A DNA stretch of 64,000 bases from Thermoplasmata archaeon (lineage in GTDB: Archaea; Thermoplasmatota; E2; DHVEG-1), in contig JAHWGJ010000002.1 in assembly GCA_020054475.1 (NCBI GenBank), forward strand, positions 38,100 to 102,099. The letters are read 5' to 3'. Under the pieces are notes generated by a model. That model saw only the letters and a program-made list of their open reading frames with translations. It did not search any database and was not told where the DNA came from. The position numbers and the translations under genes are program-made. Shown piece by piece: positions 33,420 through 40,464 of this stretch; position 1 is the first letter of the stretch, and each line of letters opens with the position of its first letter.

Positions 33420-35011
33420 AAGGATATAAAATTAATATTTTAAAAGGGGAAAAAACAATTGAAAAAATTACATGTTTTATATTATTAATTATATTACTTT
33501 CATCTGTATTTCCATCTGTAATATCCTCAATTAAATTCCATGAATCTGATTTAGGTATTGAATGGAGTAAAACATATGGGAGCTCAGAATGGGATTTCTT
33601 ATTTAATGTAGATGAAACAACAGATGGAGGTTATTATACTTCAGGTACAACGGAAATTTCAAATATGTATTATGGTTGGATAATGAAATTAGATTCAAAA
33701 GGACATATTGAATGGGAAATAATAGAAGAAGATACTCGATGTTCAAATCTTAATTACCTTTTAGTATATAATGCAATTCAGACAAAAGATGAGGGATTTA
33801 TCATTTGTGGTAGTACTCAAGATGATGAAAATAATTTGGTTGGATTTGTTATTAAATATGATTTAGATGGAAATAAGCAATGGAGTAGAATATATGGTGA
33901 CAAGGATTCTAATCAGATTACAAATGTTCTTGAATTAGATCAAGGATATATGGCTATTGGTATTGAATCAATAAATGATGATTATTATAGTCCACTAATA
34001 AAGATTGATAATGATGGTTTAGTTGAATGGAAGAAAAATTTTAATTATGGCGAAAATCCCGATATGTTTTGGGGTATTTGCAGTACAAACGATAATGGAT
34101 TTATATTATCTGGAACAACTGGTTGGGCTCAACCAAATGCTGATATTTGGCTTGTAAAAACAGATGCTGAAGGAAATTTGATTTGGAATAAGACGTATGG
34201 CGGAGACGCTGCTGAGGAATTTAGACCAAATAAATGTAGTATAGCATCTGATGGTGGTTTCATTATTGGTTGTGAATCCAACTCTTTTGGATCTGGAGAT
34301 CTAGATGGTTGGATTTTTAAAATTGATTCCGATGGAAATATGCTTTGGGATAAAACATTTGGAGGGGAAATGCAGGATCGGATTTGGGGGATGGATAATA
34401 CAGTTGATGATGGATTTATTTTTTGTCTTAATAAAAATTATGACAGGAGACCAAATACTGAGATTGATTTGATAAAATTAAATAGCAATGGAGAGGTAGA
34501 TTGGATTGTAAATTATGCAACCCCTAAAGTATGTATGGGTTATCAGATAAGTCAAACAAGTGATAATGGTTTTATTTTAGCATTAAGAATTAATGGAGGA
34601 TATGGATCATCTAATGCGGATGGAGCCTTAGTAAAAATATCAGAAAAAATTAATAATAAACCCGATAGACCTATTCAACCTCAAGGAGAATCTAATGGAA
34701 AAACGGGTAAGGAATATACATATTCTACAGTTACAATTGACCCAGAAGGTGAACAACTGTATTATTTTTGGGACTGGGGTAACGGCAATAACAGTGGTTG
34801 GATTGGCCCATATGATTCTGGTGAAGAATGTTTGGTTTCTTATAACTGGAAATCTGATGGTAATTATTCAATTAGAGTAAAATCAGAGGATAATCTTGGA
34901 TATGAGAGCGAATGGTCAGATCCTCTCGTTATAAGTATGCCAAAAAATAAGGATCGGTCTCCATTATTTTATTGGTTTTTATCAAAATTAGTATCTTTTT
35001 TCATTTTTTAG
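33416..35011 (+). CDS. secreted beta-propeller-repeat protein with the shared PKD-like/SMP tail module
   Basis: 531 aa. Repeats of the type DGG(F/Y)I..G.T.S.G.G..D.W..K.D..GN..W.KT(F/Y)GG. C-terminus ..YYFWDWGNG..GPYDSGEE..GNYSIRVKSED..SEWSDPLVISMPKNK..FYWFLSKLVSFFIF. ATGA overlap with the upstream gene. Confidence 0.85.
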   Translation: MKGYKINILKGEKTIEKITCFILLIILLSSVFPSVISSIKFHESDLGIEWSKTYGSSEWDFLFNVDETTDGGYYTSGTTEISNMYYGWIMKLDSKGHIEWEIIEEDTRCSNLNYLLVYNAIQTKDEGFIICGSTQDDENNLVGFVIKYDLDGNKQWSRIYGDKDSNQITNVLELDQGYMAIGIESINDDYYSPLIKIDNDGLVEWKKNFNYGENPDMFWGICSTNDNGFILSGTTGWAQPNADIWLVKTDAEGNLIWNKTYGGDAAEEFRPNKCSIASDGGFIIGCESNSFGSGDLDGWIFKIDSDGNMLWDKTFGGEMQDRIWGMDNTVDDGFIFCLNKNYDRRPNTEIDLIKLNSNGEVDWIVNYATPKVCMGYQISQTSDNGFILALRINGGYGSSNADGALVKISEKINNKPDRPIQPQGESNGKTGKEYTYSTVTIDPEGEQLYYFWDWGNGNNSGWIGPYDSGEECLVSYNWKSDGNYSIRVKSEDNLGYESEWSDPLVISMPKNKDRSPLFYWFLSKLVSFFIF

Positions 35012-35036
35012 AATAGATTTAAGGAGTTTGGAATGA

Positions 35037-35204
35037 GTGATTAAAGAAATCCCTTCAATAAAAAAAATGTTATTTGGGATTATGATTATGTTAATAGGAG
35101 GTTTTATTATGCTAAATGAATCTCTAAACCTTCGTGGAATTGAATTTTTTTTTATACTTGGCGGGTTTTTAATGGGTATTTTAGGGTTATTTTTTAATGA
35201 TTAA
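35037..35204 (+). CDS. possible 55-aa two-TM membrane peptide
   Basis: GTG start 11 nt after AAGGAG. Hydrophobic sequence ..MLFGIMIMLIGGFIML..FFFILGGFLMGILGLFF. Below the ORF-track cut-off. Confidence 0.3.
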   Translation: MIKEIPSIKKMLFGIMIMLIGGFIMLNESLNLRGIEFFFILGGFLMGILGLFFND

Positions 35205-35251
35205 ATATGAGTGAATAATATGAATAAAATATTATTTAATGAGGTGAAAAA

Positions 35252-36439
35252 ATGAGAAAAATTGGACGAATAATATCAGTTATAATATTTTTTATTATTT
35301 TAATACAATTAGCAGGCGTTATTCTTTATAGTGAAAAAAATGATGTAATCGCTGATGTCTTGATTTATACTGGCCCTGGTGCATGGGGAACAGGTTATCG
35401 TGCTTTTGAAAAATTTCTTGATTATAAAAATCTTACATGGTTTGAATGCAATCATAACTTTATAAATAATAATGATTTAGAGGGAAAATTTAAGGTAATT
35501 CATTTTCCTGGTGGATCTCCAGGCGAATACAGTAATTCAATAAATCTTGCGGGTCATAAAAATATTAGAGATTTTGTTTCTTCAGGTGGGGGATATGTTG
35601 GAATTTGTGCGGGGGGTTATTTTGCAGCAGATATAAACATCTGGGAAGGAAACACATATGATATTCCATTGAATTTATTTTCAGGAACAGCATATGGGGC
35701 AATTGACGAAATAATACCTTGGCCAGGATATAAAATGACTAATATCACAATAAATAAATCTAATCCAATTAACCTTTATGAACCAATTTCACAGACAATA
35801 TTATATTATGGAGGCGCAGCATTTTACCCAAATGAAGGACAACAAATTAATATTATAGGAACTTACGACTCATTAAACAACGATCCTGCTATTATAAATT
35901 TAAATTATGGAGATGGGCGAGTATTATTATTTGGACCGCATCCTGAAATCGAAGAAGATAGCGATCGTGATGGAGAAACCACTTTTCATTTTTTAGAAGA
36001 TAATGGTACAGATTGGAATCTGTTATGGACTTCAATGGATTGGTTAATGAAACGAGAAATTTCAGAACCGCCTATGTCTGTACAACCTGATAAACCTGAT
36101 ATAAAAGGTATGTTGAATGGAAAAAATGGAATTGAATATAACTATACAATTTATACTAATGATCCTGATTTGGATGAAGTATATTATTATATTGACTGGG
36201 ATGATAATTCAATAAGTGATTGGTTTGGTCCATATAAATCAGGAGAAATAATTCAAATTACTCACTCTTGGAATAAAATCGGTAAATATAGTGTACGAGC
36301 CAAAGCTAGAGATATGAACAATTTAGAAAGTGAATGGTCAGATCCTCTCGTTATAAGTATGCCAAAAAATAAAATCAATATGAATTTAATAATTTGGAGG
36401 TTTCCATTATATAAATATCTTTTATCAATTATTGCGTAG
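35252..36439 (+). CDS. secreted class-I glutamine-amidotransferase-like (BPL_N-type) protein with the shared PKD-like/SMP tail module
   Basis: N-terminal TM/signal segment, then VIHFPGGSPGEY and a GGGYVGICAGGYFA nucleophile-elbow pattern. C-terminus ..YYYIDWDDN..GPYKSGE..GKYSVRAKARD..SEWSDPLVISMPKNK..IIWRFPLYKYLL. Confidence 0.7.
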   Translation: MRKIGRIISVIIFFIILIQLAGVILYSEKNDVIADVLIYTGPGAWGTGYRAFEKFLDYKNLTWFECNHNFINNNDLEGKFKVIHFPGGSPGEYSNSINLAGHKNIRDFVSSGGGYVGICAGGYFAADINIWEGNTYDIPLNLFSGTAYGAIDEIIPWPGYKMTNITINKSNPINLYEPISQTILYYGGAAFYPNEGQQINIIGTYDSLNNDPAIINLNYGDGRVLLFGPHPEIEEDSDRDGETTFHFLEDNGTDWNLLWTSMDWLMKREISEPPMSVQPDKPDIKGMLNGKNGIEYNYTIYTNDPDLDEVYYYIDWDDNSISDWFGPYKSGEIIQITHSWNKIGKYSVRAKARDMNNLESEWSDPLVISMPKNKINMNLIIWRFPLYKYLLSIIA

Positions 36440-36441
36440 AA

Positions 36442-36499
36442 AAGAAAGGAAAACAGAGCTATAATGCTGCAATACTGCTATTATCTGTTTTCCTTTCTT
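36442..36499 (+). terminator. 16-bp perfect hairpin immediately after the 35252-36439 gene
   Basis: AAGAAAGGAAAACAGA (36442-36457) pairs perfectly with TCTGTTTTCCTTTCTT (36484-36499), leaving a 26-nt loop. The hairpin begins 3 nt after the TAG stop. Confidence 0.5.
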
Positions 36500-36653
36500 C
36501 CCTCCCAAATAAACATCCGTTAACGGTATAATTAATAGTACTAAATATTCTATTATGTAGATAAATGAAGGGAGAATTATTGTAATTCCGAATTATAATA
36601 ATTCTTTTTGATATTACTAGATGGAATAAGGAATATAAGGGGAAAGAAAATAA

Positions 36654-37034
36654 ATGAGAAAACATCTAATTGTGTCTGGAATTGTATTTGTTTTACTGAT
36701 GGTAAATTTAAGTGGATGTAATGATATACTAGAAGCACCTAAAATTGAATTTATTCAAGAAGATGGGTGGCTTATAGTCAGCTTCGTTGAAAAATCAATT
36801 TTATCTTGGGATAATATCAATATTTCACTCTCGTCAGGTAAATATTCGGATATTGGTTTTCATTATAGTCCTGAAATATCTTCTCTTATACCATATGGTA
36901 ATGGAAACTCCTGCCCTAGTGATTGGGGTGTTATCGTTGAAGATAACGGTATCTTTTTTCAACTTATTGATGCAATTGTAACGTTATACTGGATACCTAC
37001 TAATGTATCCTTTGGAGAATGGGATTTTACATAA
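36654..37034 (+). CDS. small secreted/lipoprotein-like protein
   Basis: 126 aa with signal peptide and lipobox-like LSGC (VFVLLMVNLSGCND). Confidence 0.5.
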   Translation: MRKHLIVSGIVFVLLMVNLSGCNDILEAPKIEFIQEDGWLIVSFVEKSILSWDNINISLSSGKYSDIGFHYSPEISSLIPYGNGNSCPSDWGVIVEDNGIFFQLIDAIVTLYWIPTNVSFGEWDFT

Positions 37035-37078
37035 AATTAATCATTCTTTTTCTCTTAAGCACTAATAAAACTTTAATA

Positions 37079-37160
37079 TTTTATCTCTCAGGAGGCTTCA
37101 AAAATATGATGTAATGCTACATCATAATTAGCAATAATTAATGTTACAAGTGTTACAATT
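37079..37160 (+). repeat. island intergenic repeat, copy B (full length, contains 9-bp palindrome)
   Basis: TTTTATCTCTCAGGAGGCTTCAAAAATATGATGTAATGCTACATCATAATTAGCAATAATTAATGTTACAAGTGTTACAATT. The palindrome TATGATGTA-ATGC-TACATCATA lies at 37105-37126. Confidence 0.8.
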
Positions 37161-37217
37161 ATTATCCATATGATTAAATAGAAATCTTCAAAAATCAAAC
37201 TTAGTTCCAAATGTTAC

Positions 37218-38243
37218 ATGTCTAGATTATTTATATCATATTCAAGATTATTTCGCTTATCAGGACTAATCGGTTTCTCAATAAATCCTGTATTTGGAGC
37301 ATTAAGTCTATCTCAAATTGGAGTACAAGTCAATCTCTTAACATTGTTTTTATTATTATTGATTGGAGTCTTTAAAACAATACATGGAAGTGTCATGAAT
37401 GATTATTTTGATATTGAAGTTGATAAACTTTCCCATAATCCAAATCTGAGGCCTCTCGTTATAGGTGAAATATCAAAAAATACAGCAATTATAATTATAT
37501 TACTGACTGTCGTATTCATATTTGCAATATTTTTTGGTTATTTTTACAGAAACCAACCTTCATTTTACTATGCTTTTATTTGTATAATCCTTGCTGCAAT
37601 TGCAGGGTTTATTTATAATAGATATGGCAAAAGATTTGCCGGCTCCGATTTTCTCGTTGGATTTTCTGAAGGAATTTTTGTTCTTATTGGAGCTTATCTA
37701 GTTTCCCCGGATGGTCAACTTAGTATTTTTACTTGGGTTATTTTCTTATTGGTCTTTAATCAGTATTTGTTTATGAATATGATTATTGGTGGGATGAAAG
37801 ATGCTGACCATGATTTTCTACTTAAAGTAAAAAATGTTGCAATTAAAACAGGTGTAATATTAAAAAAGGATAAAAAAATCCATCTCCCTATTAGTTTTAT
37901 TATCCTAGGATTGATCATCAGGTTTTTTTCAGCTTTTCTCATATTTGTACCCTTCATATTCTATAAAGTGTATTTTGAACTATGGGAAATTATTGTAATA
38001 ATACTGGTTGTTGGTATGGTTCTTTTATTAACATTTAAATTACTTAGTCTTAAGAGTTTTGTTCAACGTAAAAAAGTTCTTGGTCTTTTCGCAATTCAGG
38101 GAGTTCTTCGTTACAGTTTTGTTCCATTTTTATTATTGCCTGTGATTGGACTTGCTTCAACTGTTGGGTTAATTCTATTACCCCTTCTTTGGTATGTTTT
38201 GATAATGTTTAAATCAAGACAGGATATAGCTCCAAATTTGTAA
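37218..38243 (+). CDS. UbiA-family membrane prenyltransferase (copy 1)
   Basis: 341 aa with about 8-9 TM helices. First Asp-rich motif NDYFDIEVD (N-x3-D-x3-D), second KDADHD. Confidence 0.8.
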   Translation: MSRLFISYSRLFRLSGLIGFSINPVFGALSLSQIGVQVNLLTLFLLLLIGVFKTIHGSVMNDYFDIEVDKLSHNPNLRPLVIGEISKNTAIIIILLTVVFIFAIFFGYFYRNQPSFYYAFICIILAAIAGFIYNRYGKRFAGSDFLVGFSEGIFVLIGAYLVSPDGQLSIFTWVIFLLVFNQYLFMNMIIGGMKDADHDFLLKVKNVAIKTGVILKKDKKIHLPISFIILGLIIRFFSAFLIFVPFIFYKVYFELWEIIVIILVVGMVLLLTFKLLSLKSFVQRKKVLGLFAIQGVLRYSFVPFLLLPVIGLASTVGLILLPLLWYVLIMFKSRQDIAPNL

Positions 38244-38265
38244 TAAAGGACAAGCAAATAGCATT

Positions 38266-38301
38266 TTGTCTCTCAGGAGGCTTCAAAACAAAGTTTTTTG
38301 T
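38266..38301 (+). repeat. island intergenic repeat, copy C (module 1), forming a 36-bp perfect inverted repeat with 40193-40228
   Basis: TTGTCTCTCAGGAGGCTTCAAAACAAAGTTTTTTGT is the exact reverse complement of 40193-40228. Confidence 0.85.
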
Positions 38302-38569
38302 GTTGAATGGATTTTATTTAATTAACAATAATAAGTTTTTTAATATATTCTGATAAAGGAGTAATGGAAGAATTTTAGTAAAAGCGAGGGAAAAAAGGAG
38401 AACAGTAGATAAGTAAAAAACCATTGTTACTGCCCCCTTTCTTCTATAATTATCGGCATCAAAATATAATATAAAAGGATTTCTATCAAAATCCTGTTTT
38501 CTCCTTATTAGTTTCAAGATATCTATTTTGTAAATATAATTATATATATCATTCAAATATGGAAATTTA

Positions 38570-38833
38570 ATGGAAAGTAAAGATTTTGAAAATATTAATG
38601 ATAAGTTAGATAGAATTGAAAGAAAAATTAACAAGGTTCAAAATGAATTATCTTTTTCATCAATCTTTACTCTTGCTGTTTTTGAATCTACATTGGCAGC
38701 TGCTCTTTTAAGTTTTGGATTTTCAGTTAATGATGAGATTAGTATATGAGTTGGATATTTCTTATTTGCACTTGCAGTATTTTGCTGGTTTTATCTATTT
38801 TATGATGGACATAAAAAACGAAAAAATAGATAA
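38570..38833 (+). pseudogene. small membrane-protein ORF interrupted by an in-frame TGA
   Basis: MESKDFENINDKLDRIERKINKVQNELSFSSIFTLAVFESTLAAALLSFGFSVNDEISI-TGA(38747)-VGYFLFALAVFCWFYLFYDGHKKRKNR. It reads as one coiled-coil plus two-TM protein and ends 17 nt before attR. Confidence 0.3.
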
Positions 38834-38849
38834 TATTATGAACTTTCTT

Positions 38850-38869
38850 TTCAAATCCGGGAGGCGGGA
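38850..38869 (+). repeat. attR: copy of the tRNA-Tyr 3' end
   Basis: TTCAAATCCGGGAGGCGGGA is identical to 21723-21742. Confidence 0.8.
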
Positions 38870-38934
38870 TATCTTTATAAAGAAAGTATCTAAAATATTA
38901 ATTATTATTAAAAGAATATCATTTTAATTAAAAA

Positions 38935-40008
38935 ATGAAAACTGAAAAAACAAAAGCTATAAAAATAGAATTAAAAGATGCGGAAAAAACACGTTTATAT
39001 CTGAAAGAAAAAAATATTTTAAAAAATAATTTAAAAATAAAAAAAGATGAAAATTACATATACCTACCTATAAGAAATAATATAAATAAAAATAAAGATT
39101 GCAATTATAATATTATAATAACGAATTTTGAGAAACAAAATAAGAAAATAAATTCTTATAAAGAATTATTATTAAGAAATAATAAAATAACATCAAAAGA
39201 AATTTTAAATAAATTACCAACTTCGTATGATATTATTGGAAAAATAATTCTTATAAAATTACAAGATGAACTAATAAAATATCAAAAAGAAATTGGAGAA
39301 TCCCTTCTAAAAGTAAATAATAATGTCAAAACAATATGTACTATAGAACCAGTAAAAGGAGAATTAAGGACAAGAAATATAAAAATCATATCTGGTGAAA
39401 AAAATACAAAAACAATACATAAAGAAAATGGAATAAAATATAATATTGATCTTAGAAAAATTTATTTCTCACCTAGACTCGCAACAGAAAGAATGAGAAT
39501 AACAAATTTAGTCAAACCAGAAGAAGTAATAGTTGACATGTTTACAGGATTAGCTCCTTTTTCAATAAATATTGCAAAATATGCAAATCCAAGGAAAATA
39601 TATGCAATTGATAAAAACAAATACGCAATAGAATATGCAAAGAAAAATATTAGAATTAACAATGTTCTAGATAAAATCGAAGTTATCCATTCTGATGCAA
39701 AAAAAGTTAATGATATTCTAAATAAAAAAAACGAAAAAGCTAATAGAATAATTATGAATCTACCTTTTTCTGCAAAATCTTTTTTACCATATGCCTTTAA
39801 AATATCAAAGGAAAAAATAATAATTCATTACTATGATATAATAAAGGAGGAAGATATAAATAATAGGATAAAAGAGCTGAAAAAAATAGCTAAAGTTAAT
39901 AACTATAAAATCATAAATTTCAATATTATAAAAATTAAGACATATTCGCCACGAGAATTTTATATATGTATAGACATTACTGCAAAAAAAAATATTATGC
40001 CGACGTAG
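38935..40008 (+). CDS. trm5: tRNA (guanine37-N1)-methyltransferase Trm5 / Met-10+ family
   Basis: 357 aa. SAM-MTase motifs VVDMFTGLAPFSI, IYAIDKNKYAIEYAKKN and IIMNLP, with the D2 domain pattern YDIIGKIILIK. The stop codon TAG lies inside the acceptor stem of tRNA-Thr. Confidence 0.85.
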   Translation: MKTEKTKAIKIELKDAEKTRLYLKEKNILKNNLKIKKDENYIYLPIRNNINKNKDCNYNIIITNFEKQNKKINSYKELLLRNNKITSKEILNKLPTSYDIIGKIILIKLQDELIKYQKEIGESLLKVNNNVKTICTIEPVKGELRTRNIKIISGEKNTKTIHKENGIKYNIDLRKIYFSPRLATERMRITNLVKPEEVIVDMFTGLAPFSINIAKYANPRKIYAIDKNKYAIEYAKKNIRINNVLDKIEVIHSDAKKVNDILNKKNEKANRIIMNLPFSAKSFLPYAFKISKEKIIIHYYDIIKEEDINNRIKELKKIAKVNNYKIINFNIIKIKTYSPREFYICIDITAKKNIMPT

Positions 40009-40072
40009 CTTAGACCGGTTGAGCGGCTGACTTGTAATCAGCAGGTCGAGGGTTCGAATCCCTCCGTCGGCT
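39999..40072 (+). tRNA. tRNA-Thr (anticodon UGU)
   Basis: Acceptor GCCGACG/CGTCGGC, anticodon stem GCTGA/TCAGC with loop CTTGTAA, T arm GAGGG-TTCGAAT-CCCTC. Confidence 0.9.
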
Positions 40073-40073
40073 T
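40057..40073 (+). repeat. attL2: 3' end of tRNA-Thr, direct repeat of 45726-45742
   Basis: AATCCCTCCGTCGGCTT is identical at both sites. Confidence 0.65.
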
Positions 40074-40192
40074 CCCTAAGTTCTTTTCCCATGTTGATTG
40101 CAACAAAAGTAACATTTCTGATTTGCGGCTTTGAACATAAATAAATATCAGATGATAAAGTTAAATTCAAAATACTAAAAATTGTAATCAAA

Positions 40193-40228
40193 ACAAAAAA
40201 CTTTGTTTTGAAGCCTCCTGAGAGACAA
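40193..40228 (-). repeat. island intergenic repeat, copy D (module 1), the inverted partner of 38266-38301
   Basis: The reverse complement equals TTGTCTCTCAGGAGGCTTCAAAACAAAGTTTTTTGT. Confidence 0.85.
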
Positions 40229-40464
40229 CCTTGTTATAAAAAATATTTTGGCAGAAATGCCAGCTGGAGGGGAGGAAGATGGGATGCTACCAGGGCTGGC
40301 ATGTCCCCCATATTATTCGTCGAGTTAAGGGAACATGGTGTTTTTAGTTTATATATGTAAAAAGTGGGTGGATGAAAGTATTTTATACTCAATTCGTAAT
40401 TAAAAAATAGAAGGAGGAAGAGAATAATTATAGGGAAACGTAGATTTTCTTTCTCCCATTTTCA

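Larger units (their letters stand above)
21723..38869 (+). mobile_element. about 17.1-kb integrated element in tRNA-Tyr (integrase + secreted hydrolase cargo)
   Basis: Bounded by perfect 20-bp direct repeats derived from the tRNA 3' end. An intact tyrosine recombinase lies 43 nt from the tRNA. Housekeeping genes (trm5, tRNA-Thr) resume right after the distal repeat. Confidence 0.75.

Noticed and set aside
38314-38634. 106-aa minus-strand ORF near the right end of the tRNA-Tyr element
   Set aside because: The translation is low-complexity (Leu/Ile/Phe/Tyr). The plus strand holds a more protein-like ORF, although that one is interrupted. No start-site support.
38747-38749. Possibility that the in-frame TGA signals a recoded genetic code (TGA = Trp/Gly) or selenocysteine
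   Set aside because: TGA acts as a normal stop at several well-supported gene ends in this window (12779-12781, 14863-14865, 27829-27831, 25640-25642). No SECIS-like element or Sec machinery is seen.
39805-40191. 128-aa minus-strand ORF spanning tRNA-Thr and the end of trm5
   Set aside because: It overlaps a well-supported CDS and a tRNA on the opposite strand, and its sequence is not protein-like.
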